The notes under the pieces: generated by a model
Told to the model about the DNA's origin: nothing
Seen by the model: the letters and a program-made list of their open reading frames with translations, nothing else
Databases searched by the model: none
Assembly: GCF_947253225.1 (NCBI RefSeq)
Contig: NZ_CAMXYR010000001.1
Location: 23,944-87,943, forward strand
From: an uncultured Anaerococcus sp.
Lineage (GTDB): Bacteria; Bacillota; Clostridia; Tissierellales; Peptoniphilaceae
DNA length: 64,000 nucleotides
Direction: 5' to 3'
Position numbers and translations under genes: made by a program
Shown: positions 59,401 to 64,000 of the stretch, piece after piece
Position numbering within the stretch: position 1 is the first letter of the stretch
Layout: each line of letters begins with the position of its first letter

Positions 59401-62400
59401 TTAGCTCCTTCTTTAAGGTCAGTTTTTCCGAGCTCTTCTCCTGTTACAGGATCTATGGCCTTAATTGTTTGAGCTGGCATTTTTGCACCATCATCCAAGC
59501 CCCAATTTTGGTCAATTCTGAGGTCTTGGTTTTTAGATATACGAACTCCTCCCAAGGAAGATGCTGTATCCCCCTTTAGGTCTGTTATATATTCATAAGC
59601 AACTATTGATCCAACTGGTTGGGCTTGTGGTGGGTTTTCTCCAGCTTTTGGAATAGGGTTTGCATCTTCCACCTCTCCAACCTTAATCATCTTGCCGTAG
59701 GTGGTATTTTTATGTTCTATGTTGGTATCTACAGCATAGATAGCTCTTCTACCTTGAGAAAGCTCTTGCTTTCCTGATAGTTTTCTTGATTCTAGGGGAA
59801 GCTTGCCATCATCTCCAGTTGATACTTGATCTGTTATAGTCCATTTGGCTTGGGTATTGTTTGGAAATTCTCCCAAAATAGATGTTCTGTTGTTCATACC
59901 AACTCTGTTAGGAGTTGCATTTACTACCTTATCTTTTGGGTAACCTTGTCTTGCAACAACCCTCTTTGCTCCAACTTTGCCATTTGCGATAGCGTTTAAG
60001 TCTAGCATATAGGATTCTTGGACATCTGTTACTGGTGTATAGAAGGAGTAGGTAAACTTCTTGCCATCTTTTATGGTAGGCTTGTAGTTTACAGAATCAA
60101 CAATACCAAGCTTACCCTTTATATCGTTTTGATGTTTATCTTTGTCGATGTCAACTCCATCAAGAGTGAGGTTTTGGATTTCTCCAAGACCCGAACCAGT
60201 TACTGTTGTAAAGTTGATGCTTAGGTCGATATCTTTGAGGTTGACTGTTGATAGAACAGTAGCCTTCCAGTTGAATCCTTTAAGGACTCCATTATTGACA
60301 ACTGGTGTCCCGTAGGCATCCATATCTACCTTGTAGGACTTATCGTCTGCTTCTATGATTTCAGCAACATCTCCCCTACCTGGTTCAATTATAGATCCTG
60401 CTAGGTTACCGTCCTTGTCTACCTTTTGCGGAACAAGGTCCTTTGGAGGGTTGACAATTCCCATACCACTTACCTTATTTATTACGGTAAAGGTCCCATC
60501 ATCATCTAACTTTTTTATGTTTTTTGTGTTGTAATCTACAGGAATGTTGATTGGCACATTGATGTTTTCAGGGATTGTTCCTTGGATTTGATATCTTATT
60601 TTATTTTCTTTTTCGATATATGTTGGTTTAGCGATAACCCTACCATGGTAGATAATATCTTCAAGGCTAGCTGGGTTTTTTACTGTTAGCTTTTCATCTA
60701 GGTGGATATCAAAGTATTGGTAAGGTTGGATAGGGCCGCCTACATTTGATGTTTGAAAACGAGTGATGATATTAAACTTCTTGTCATCAAGGTTTAGCTC
60801 ATCAGTTACCGCAAACATATGAGGTCTGAAGTTTTCGTCAGCATCTCTGGCTATAAGATTTTTGATGGCTTCTTCATTATCTTCCATCAACTTCGCTTGG
60901 TCAGCTCTTGATAGGTCGTATTTGTCGCCAAGCTCTGTTAAGATTTTTTGAATGTCTTCTAGGCCATTTTTCTTATCGGCGAGAGCCTTCTTGAGGTCTT
61001 TGTCTGCCTTTTGGAGGGAAGACTTACCAAAAATTCCCTTTATGGTATCAAGGAATTTCTTGGATGGTTTTTCCTCGATGGTGTTTTGCTTTTGTTTTTC
61101 TAGCTCATGGTTGAAGTTATCAACTAGAGCTTGGGTTTGATTTTGGTTTAGACCTTTTTGGTTGACTGGTAGTTGGTTTTTGGGGGTTTGTTCTTTATTA
61201 GATAAGTCTTTTTCTTCCTTACTTTGCTCCAAAGGTTTAGTAGCAACTTCTTTATCATCAGCTGAATTTTGGTCTATGACGAGCTCTTCGGAGTTTTTAT
61301 CTTCTTTATCCTTTTCTTCCTTGCTAGGGGTTTGCTCCTCGTCTTTTGCGTCTGTTTTTGGTAAAGGAGCTTTTTTCTTATTTTCCTCTGCCTTATTTCG
61401 GGCAGGGTCCTCCTTGTCTTCGGCTTGTTTTTTCTCTTCCTTGACAAAGCGTGGATTTTTTACTTCTCTAGCATTTACAGAGTATTTTTCTATTTTGGTA
61501 TTTTTCTTATCTAGCCTGTTGGTGTAGGTTAGTTTTAGAAGGTAACCTTGAGGTAGGTCAAGTTTGGTTTCTTCTTGGTAAGGGATTTGAGTTGAAAATT
61601 CTTTTTGAAGGGCGAAGCCTTTTTCTCCTGCCTTATAATATTCAAGAGTGATTTCTCCATTATTAGGGTCTTGGTTCTTGTCAATGGCAAGCTTGTAGGT
61701 TACTTCATTTTTATTTTCTTCCTTACTTTTCTCATCGCCCTTGTCTTTGGAGATTAGGTAGTCGGTGTAGGTTAGTGTATCATCCTTGTCCTCATCGTCG
61801 TTTTTGGTGTAGGCAATATTACTTTGCGAATCTTCACCTTCCTTGCTTTGACTTAGGATAAGATTTTTGACTTCTGGGTCATTCTCATCTTCTTCTTCGA
61901 TAAACTTGTAGGATATTCTCCTAAGGTCGAGGTTGGTAGAGCCTTGGTCGAGTGATAGGTCGAATGAGTAAACTTTCTTGGTATCTATCTTCTCCTTATC
62001 AATAATTGCCTCGATAGTGTATTCTAGGTCGCCTTTTTGCTTAGCTTTGATTGCTAGGCTCTTAAGGTCTGAGTTTTCCCCTGCATCTTCCACTTCATAA
62101 GCTATATCCTCTCCTGTTTGGAGATTTTTCACTTCTTTTAGGTGTAGGTCTTTTATGGCCTGGTTGTGATTTATAGCTATACTTAAAATGTCAGCAGGAT
62201 TTTTGCCAGAAACTTTTATCTTTGCAAGTATCCTATCTCCCTTTTCGTTAAGGTCTGCCTCGCAATCGAGCTTGTGAATGGACTCGTCCCCTTCACCCTT
62301 ATCTTTTTCCTTAACTTCTTTTTGTCTAATCATTGTAGGCATTTGTTCATCTCTATCATTTAGTCCTAGAGCATAAACATTGGTTGGTACAGCCATTGTT

Positions 62401-62456
62401 ATTGCTAAGCTTAGTGAGATGAATTTTACTACAAAGTCTTTCAACTTCCTCTTCAT
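47412..62456 (-). CDS. Second giant (~5,014 aa) sortase-anchored surface protein: many SpaA/CnaB domains, MSCRAMM-like Ig domains, a G5 domain (~53555-53780), 4 divergent InlB-B-type repeats (~52520-53540)
   Basis: AAAGGGG RBS; signal peptide (VYA-L); repeated CnaB/E-box-like modules; G5 pattern IPF...VTQKGVDG...ITTVGTK; LPLTA (47517-47531) plus TM and basic tail. Confidence 0.88.
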   Translation of the reverse strand: MKRKLKDFVVKFISLSLAITMAVPTNVYALGLNDRDEQMPTMIRQKEVKEKDKGEGDESIHKLDCEADLNEKGDRILAKIKVSGKNPADILSIAINHNQAIKDLHLKEVKNLQTGEDIAYEVEDAGENSDLKSLAIKAKQKGDLEYTIEAIIDKEKIDTKKVYSFDLSLDQGSTNLDLRRISYKFIEEEDENDPEVKNLILSQSKEGEDSQSNIAYTKNDDEDKDDTLTYTDYLISKDKGDEKSKEENKNEVTYKLAIDKNQDPNNGEITLEYYKAGEKGFALQKEFSTQIPYQEETKLDLPQGYLLKLTYTNRLDKKNTKIEKYSVNAREVKNPRFVKEEKKQAEDKEDPARNKAEENKKKAPLPKTDAKDEEQTPSKEEKDKEDKNSEELVIDQNSADDKEVATKPLEQSKEEKDLSNKEQTPKNQLPVNQKGLNQNQTQALVDNFNHELEKQKQNTIEEKPSKKFLDTIKGIFGKSSLQKADKDLKKALADKKNGLEDIQKILTELGDKYDLSRADQAKLMEDNEEAIKNLIARDADENFRPHMFAVTDELNLDDKKFNIITRFQTSNVGGPIQPYQYFDIHLDEKLTVKNPASLEDIIYHGRVIAKPTYIEKENKIRYQIQGTIPENINVPINIPVDYNTKNIKKLDDDGTFTVINKVSGMGIVNPPKDLVPQKVDKDGNLAGSIIEPGRGDVAEIIEADDKSYKVDMDAYGTPVVNNGVLKGFNWKATVLSTVNLKDIDLSINFTTVTGSGLGEIQNLTLDGVDIDKDKHQNDIKGKLGIVDSVNYKPTIKDGKKFTYSFYTPVTDVQESYMLDLNAIANGKVGAKRVVARQGYPKDKVVNATPNRVGMNNRTSILGEFPNNTQAKWTITDQVSTGDDGKLPLESRKLSGKQELSQGRRAIYAVDTNIEHKNTTYGKMIKVGEVEDANPIPKAGENPPQAQPVGSIVAYEYITDLKGDTASSLGGVRISKNQDLRIDQNWGLDDGAKMPAQTIKAIDPVTGEELGKTDLKEGAKESSGRQITIANVKVWNIDSKGKATRILPKIDQGLPKEKQEENGKTYQYLENYNYYQKDLNQYYIHNIGVEKVVKKYGNFTLVKINKETKEPIEGARFRLTRGPEVYTNVEGKAEFSNIEPGSYTLIETKAPLGYRLAEDTTITVDKEGRVRSSGPNSSQKGDETATQYFNYPRYPLFMNIMAYSKKENDGKVTAYLYLKPDDGGGTNQNTRLNIRGFQNDLTVDVFDVSPSKRQGLRKAMEIQSEEDVEKNKEGSVLNKKNSWASITGYANVYESYTGETGYQIKIPHERFGDNWGFLVKVNGTPTRDDKKVSYDWLVDNNDPGNNARIQKTIAPLDPSVIKETQVIVTNEKFKTKPVQVIKVDSQKRPLGGASFVLKDAEGNPLKTVTSNDKEGEDKGKADFGEMPPGNYVIEELSSPTGYVDSQLVFDVTVDEKSQVFYAPRFKNNQGKAIHGKDYWIEDEIVKDEEALATVIKAKQSMTLDENKSGGLGEKKGVWEAYRYESYTYKADITLENVTPNKRFEIQFDKNLDFTQYVNKIPDIVVDGKVVAKQYFNYETNLLTYVFNDEASGRVDFSLSIVGVIPSKFYAQNSGIYHFTNVVAPGEQIASGNQTDEITVNAFYEDYDSPKDGNAPTQAYYFRDVYQGDDGNWYVKALAYYNPTSTAKGERQKPRSLFFNWMSTNWTPSRINDWSGNGNEPAFALEDVKIYYVQPTGPNKFQINNRKNMPLSMGIIPENDPITYQRVYSQKIDPKAYISNRQGNIGLTYNPNQITRTGRLDSYYPLVIDMPKISDANEGYVIEQTFKVTDLHKFRNMFRAFYMANSKDKNVALQSAFASKVNANDSAASQIKKEIPKFYKQKIMMVNEPYIPTSFKIRKYSQADKNKTLQGAVFSLERKDGHTVARTTDSKGELTFDNLLPGTYTLKETKAPDNYNLSDKIWQVNVSKDGYVTISEIGFNSDGTSIVGKDLILDVANKPKGQDFVVYKKGEDGKPLAGATFIIKKKDSEDIYAIGKSDGNGVVKFKENLKDDNFKKLENGVYILEEQEAPTGYKKLDKKWVLVVGDKGVEVHDYIQGPNEQTSETVNKSLLVEKGTKWVNVLKRPLGKFNGLQDVRWKGYVDDSSIPYKMGTRIIGINRDKKYVIQRFVINPEARSMGPSKVQIHRQPLSETNIEWYKGDEAYKIFELDKAVTSNVEDIRLEHYVAKELRDIKPQLVSKPGEIPKRMEFNIPKTDKPIIIDVKVPYENESGGVGLGMDYWENVGTANEKVYWKPDYYEEVSDIVEGDEVSSNTQAGNIIGAYVSEGSLDLTNKRNKHEFEFKKIREKELDGLSGATFKLTGTKPSTDPKWGKSDADGKVKFKDLLPGTYHLEEEGAPQGYEAANTTWTVTIKEDGKVYIKDDLPTPTVPNKDPESKWQKVKVGQGEATNQSVASRDEYKQIADQKIKTNIVEVNFATNRMRQVYLLNRKSERLENPTLEIHSQPEGRDITSKNTKVISIHYVNSSSEPDKLVDVSQTVPYKTEVIHKNNHDRLKISTKAEGEKPIAVTIETDIPKEGIIGTGMDYTNLTNGYWAAESYANRDKFALDPIPDSKVDKTSKLIIDGKDRSADAQSMLRMASEENPSLLAKENGILARNFSFRSLLNQDLDLSQPLAKLDLRSNDLRSFRSLGAKRAIAPRSMNVSTRAARSADVWEKVYPDKSTGRAGVAHSANFMETRVTEINKGKDKGRFRQQFLFKTKNIGFSNYIEIHRQPEKGNEFRLQNGPRVTISTIKFYAVDQGSTLDNISGMREINVKAEQFIPSGKPMRVKATLPANTTVLVEIEAPYANDRTIGLGADHQYDTKPGLYQQKDYREWAADSYSEEAKVNDKVQEPTITYQNRTEETKIPFTKQTVYSDQYPEGTSQVTQKGVDGKEVKTYKQKFVNAQFVSEELIDTQRTEPIPEITTVGTKKTQQQTFKVNTIPVDHGSVTAQLEARVDEEVKVNIKPDDGYVIDKIEVLNNKNGAFIRYVDLLTKSFTMPAQDVALKAYFKEKPQAKKFTIKTSVSEGKGTLTVDPTSQEEGKPVTITVKPDPDYEIGQVTANGKNIVPLLDSNGQYTFNMEAKPVNVIATFNKKEVVPKESYYVGVDNNNNGKKVVVYTRTESGKSEAGKLVEFTVTPDDDYEITSVYVRKSDGSGQNVEPLNKNGDRYSFTMPNQAVTIYANVQYVQPPQGTYLVGINPKITGGSVKTEPRRPYPNDKVRIIATPNQGNTLESQSLSVTKQWGGSVDVQYDDQGPYFIMPNENVTVNAKFVKGQGPGPNPGGGDSPGGGSDVQPDSQELGYLIYDPATKTRKDAKITNKKAGLELSLFKKDTVDRPLEGGEFKLIKTDETYKTEDKSFTPVTAVSDNLGKITFRNDKDQLVKLQTGYYVLEELRPPLGYKKASSKWKIEVRDDEGRMHATYFGPTKTPSQYLESKESKLHDDTLDSNLAIRTASKITHIDPDSKTFVQKIIVDLRGYTGSDKVNVQIMPKHKRDEKDRPKVAPDTIKEGLKTAYRTTYKISDPAKNLDVDYILGYYDLSKDGVSMVNTARWRPYDWGFDEDQLNLDKGGVYFIDIEGYYDESLITGIAVNEKDVDGKKVAPHKHPDLTKDDLAKLEMDVKFYQGAREFQQAIYDESKPDKIRWESFPKASYQAGASELAKKYGDAWSGQQYNKKYQNWVGRDGGRIRPDIEKATPAKTLSTSANISSLYTTDKEEDKLEIPKDGLEIVNDEESYNITFSKHGRDGDKEKDPAWASNGKLVTENRLEGAIFKLQQLVQNSYVDLPGSYVSSAFNGFFGFRGLKPGRYRLMEVQAPKGYRPIKDAILYMTVDYEKPNTNVQTGEITKGRGVITLEYDKGNGIIEYNPEKSATVNEGKLIDYVTSATAKNMGKIINEKPGKGKITITKKDDENKLLSGAKFKLTRLSRIEDPKEGEIKPSQNQPGKDKVDAQYVGEVDKNGKLVFDQLPIGQYKLEEIEPAPGHTKTGQTWDFVVGGKGLDPYTVPEGVKGNDVSSLMSLSSKLSINRPGADEEDPSLNIYPNRGDSLSFQNTFKVKDNAEIKPGDFFKVKLTDGLNLHGIYKADMIKNLDIFADGVGTIAKGSYDSENGEITYTFTDYAKTYTLRDLTTNITAYIDPYKVTNNQNLSVAMSLENQNKTSTNVNVSYDLGTEKVEDKAKNNLNLSSRLVSYDPRTGEFEQYIYINRLRQGANGARLTYYPDTKVDNLRIDLYRVKENQLDNLDNILPPSYGINPQGLTYVTGQNATNNDGSSYIVFPDGYPNKNTVYLARVTGRVSEDKSTYNPRVRMQRFYNGNIYMWAERENHVYSFVNTNTGTADVEVTAINPKNRISFKKVDPTGYPLAKAEFKLVKFDGSTWKDVKNSEKTSDEKGLVSYDTLEQGTYGLVETKAPEGFTKLEGPIEIFEVSKDGKIVRLVDKPSNKQSSQTRTMLRSLADGMDNSERLVDSKTKIAEPLGKAPIEIVDPREVKFKKVNKEDKGLSGAVFEVYYKNSIKDTYKAYRVIKDGKETKDTLTIKSSDDGAMSLSLDKPGYYALKEIKAPEGYDLPKLDFVKEFRIVDGKVQVKDGNKITTGEVTGDKGLIKAEVYEINNKARTFKERLIINPDHGEFSFDGPDTQLRFLEDNWKVINDRKVRVAVLDEGENLDNLKEKSYREVTGKEVKTYIESKEYTLVKYKLQDLYGAGNYTGPERGKSKVTTKKTLVVEIEGQLKEGQTSADLQTQIHFDFTTLDEITYKLDTIGKPNYVDLENEDSTKPEDGNSQVKKKPIRIVNEKTGIYFKKVAEKDKTKPLSGASFTIEKLVDNKYQPINKEGEITSSPDSPNSQAWIETSDKDGLIRFEKLANGKYLVKEIKPPIGYEIGDEPRVLEFEIKEGKVYRIKDYRINKSYSPDSSDKTLAEKNEYENSKDKPHEVTNKLAKLPLTAGPGVWIGFAILGALIMSLASIYLAKKQKEDAKKA

Positions 62457-62633
62457 CATAACCCCTTTCAAGTATGTATCTTAATTGTCTAATTTATTTC
62501 ATTTATTAACTTATTAGTCAGCTAATCTAAATTTATGCGGACTTATAACTATAATTCTTTACATACTAATTTTATAATAATCGGCATAAAAAATCAACCG
62601 TTTTATTTAATATTTTGCTTATCAAATTTTAAT

Positions 62634-62657
62634 AAAAAAAGAAGGATTACTCCTTCT
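62634..62657 (-). terminator. Terminator between the aspartyl-protease-like gene and giant adhesin 2
   Basis: AGAAGGA-GTAA-TCCTTCT followed by a T run. Confidence 0.75.
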
Positions 62658-62693
62658 CAATTTATTATTTAATTTCCTTCCTTATATATAGGT

Positions 62694-63470
62694 CTAATTT
62701 CTTGCCCTAAAATATCCAAGAGGATTATACATGGCCCAAGTTGTATTTCTTAGGAGGTCTGCTCCAAAGACTATTTGGATTTCTTTATCGTTTAGGTCCT
62801 TTTCTACTTGGGTTGTTGGGATGTTTACGATATTATCATCAATTGTGAAGGCAAACTTGCTTTCATAGATGACTTCGTCATGGTCAATTCCTAGCATGGA
62901 TATGGTTTTGTCGACCTCATCATCTGCTGGTTTTAGGTCTTTTGCAAGGTTTTCTGAAATTATGGTTAGGGGACGGGATGTGTCTATGGCTGCCTTGTAA
63001 GTCTTTTTATTAAAGATTAGCTTAAAGACAGGGGTATTTTCCTTGCCCTTTCTCTTATTTTCTTTGAAGTCAGATATTTGGACTTCAAATTGGTTCTTTC
63101 TCAAATCTCCCCTAAAGACAAATTGGCTAATTATATTCCAACCGAGGATTACTTGAGCAGGGAAGGGGTTGCCGAAGGTATCATTGGCAAGTTTTACAAC
63201 TTGGTCCTTACAAACTACCACTGGAACACCTTCAAGCTTCAAATCTCCAAGGGCCATACTTGAAAGTTTCGCCCTCCTAAAACCCTTTTCGCTATCAATT
63301 GGCTCTTGGTCGATATAGGTTAGGTCCAATTCATCGGCTAGACTTTGGGGGATCAGAGTGTTACCCCTTGTGTCAAACATGGCTGTTACTGGCTTATTGC
63401 CAACTAAGATTCCTATAAATATATAATTCAAATATTTTTGGTCTGAAATTGGTATTGGTGAAAAATCCAT
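62694..63470 (-). CDS. Two-lobed retropepsin-like (clan AA) aspartyl protease homolog
   Basis: AMFDTRG...ILGWNII and AAIDTSR...VFGADLL repeat the hhDT(G)...hhG pattern; no signal peptide. Confidence 0.65.
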   Translation of the reverse strand: MDFSPIPISDQKYLNYIFIGILVGNKPVTAMFDTRGNTLIPQSLADELDLTYIDQEPIDSEKGFRRAKLSSMALGDLKLEGVPVVVCKDQVVKLANDTFGNPFPAQVILGWNIISQFVFRGDLRKNQFEVQISDFKENKRKGKENTPVFKLIFNKKTYKAAIDTSRPLTIISENLAKDLKPADDEVDKTISMLGIDHDEVIYESKFAFTIDDNIVNIPTTQVEKDLNDKEIQIVFGADLLRNTTWAMYNPLGYFRARN

Positions 63471-63524
63471 ATGCTCTCCTTTACTTTCTTAATATTATAT
63501 CACAAAAGGAATTTTTAGAATAAA

Positions 63525-64000
63525 TTATCTAGGATAATCCTTTTTTAGGAGGCTCTTGTAGGTCTTGTCTGTAAGGATTGCTCCCAAGGGAGCCGTGTAG
63601 ATTATGGATATCACAGAGATGGCTAGGATAAGCCCACCTGAATCTATTCCCATAGCAAGAGCGACAGGGCCAATGGCTGCTTGGACTGTTGCCTTGGGTA
63701 GGTAGGCGATTCCTGCAAAGATTTTTTCTTTGACCTTGAGCTTTGATGGGATTAAAGCAGTTGCAACGCCAAACATCCTCACAAGTAAACCTCCAGTAAT
63801 TAGGATAAGGGCTGGGAAAAATTCCTTGCCTATGATTGACAGATCGACAGTGATTCCGACAAGAACAAAGAGGAAAATCTCAAAGACTTGCCAAAGACCT
63901 GCATAAATTTCTAGGAGATTTGAGGTGGCTTGTGGGTTCAGTTTTTTGATAGTCATTGCCATGGCAATAATGCTCACAAGGCCTGAAAAGGCTAGGTGGC
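63525..64000 (-). CDS. Cation:proton antiporter (CPA/NHA-like), 5' end outside the window
   Basis: FEIFLFVLVG, AYLPKATVQAAIG and TAPLGA; frame is open to the window edge. Confidence 0.85.
   Translation of the reverse strand, partial: HLAFSGLVSIIAMAMTIKKLNPQATSNLLEIYAGLWQVFEIFLFVLVGITVDLSIIGKEFFPALILITGGLLVRMFGVATALIPSKLKVKEKIFAGIAYLPKATVQAAIGPVALAMGIDSGGLILAISVISIIYTAPLGAILTDKTYKSLLKKDYPR

Noticed and set aside
24996..61527. Numerous 60-155 aa ORFs antisense to, or out of frame within, the large genes
   Set aside because: Shadow ORFs with Ser/Leu/Phe-rich composition mirroring the real strand; no RBS or motifs
24059..62456. Shufflon, diversity-generating retroelement or CRISPR explaining the repeats in the giant genes
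   Set aside because: No recombinase, reverse transcriptase or cas gene; no inverted cassettes, adenine-specific template/variable pair or regularly spaced identical repeats seen; repeats are diverged protein domains

Overview
Low-GC Firmicute chromosomal segment; gene content and protein style suggest an Anaerococcus-like anaerobic coccus (inference). Most genes lie on the minus strand. The left third is housekeeping and transport: mntP, uracil permease, an orphan arcA, a CUT1 ABC importer, a small GT2-GT2-CpsC-CpsD-like-SH3 operon, gltS, a HAD/YycJ/ttcA/uppP/tag operon and brnQ. The rest is dominated by two paralogous ~15-kb genes for ~5,000-aa sortase-anchored, CnaB/SpaA-rich surface proteins (24059-39133 and 47412-62456). 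They flank a feo-flavodoxin operon with Fur-like boxes and a threonine aldolase-MORN-oatA operon. The first giant (YPYTG signal, putative thioester domain, VWA-like domain) lies directly upstream of an RrgB-like backbone pilin (YPKN, IPQTG). No sortase is present in the window, and a ~235-nt multi-hairpin leader separates the two genes. Best leads: a pilus with a possible 5,000-aa tip adhesin and a same-length paralog, the structured pilin leader, a BY-kinase homolog with every catalytic motif degenerate, and terminator-containing leaders before arcA and the HAD operon. No rRNA, tRNA, CRISPR array or transposase was seen. All calls come from reading motifs by eye; no searches were run.
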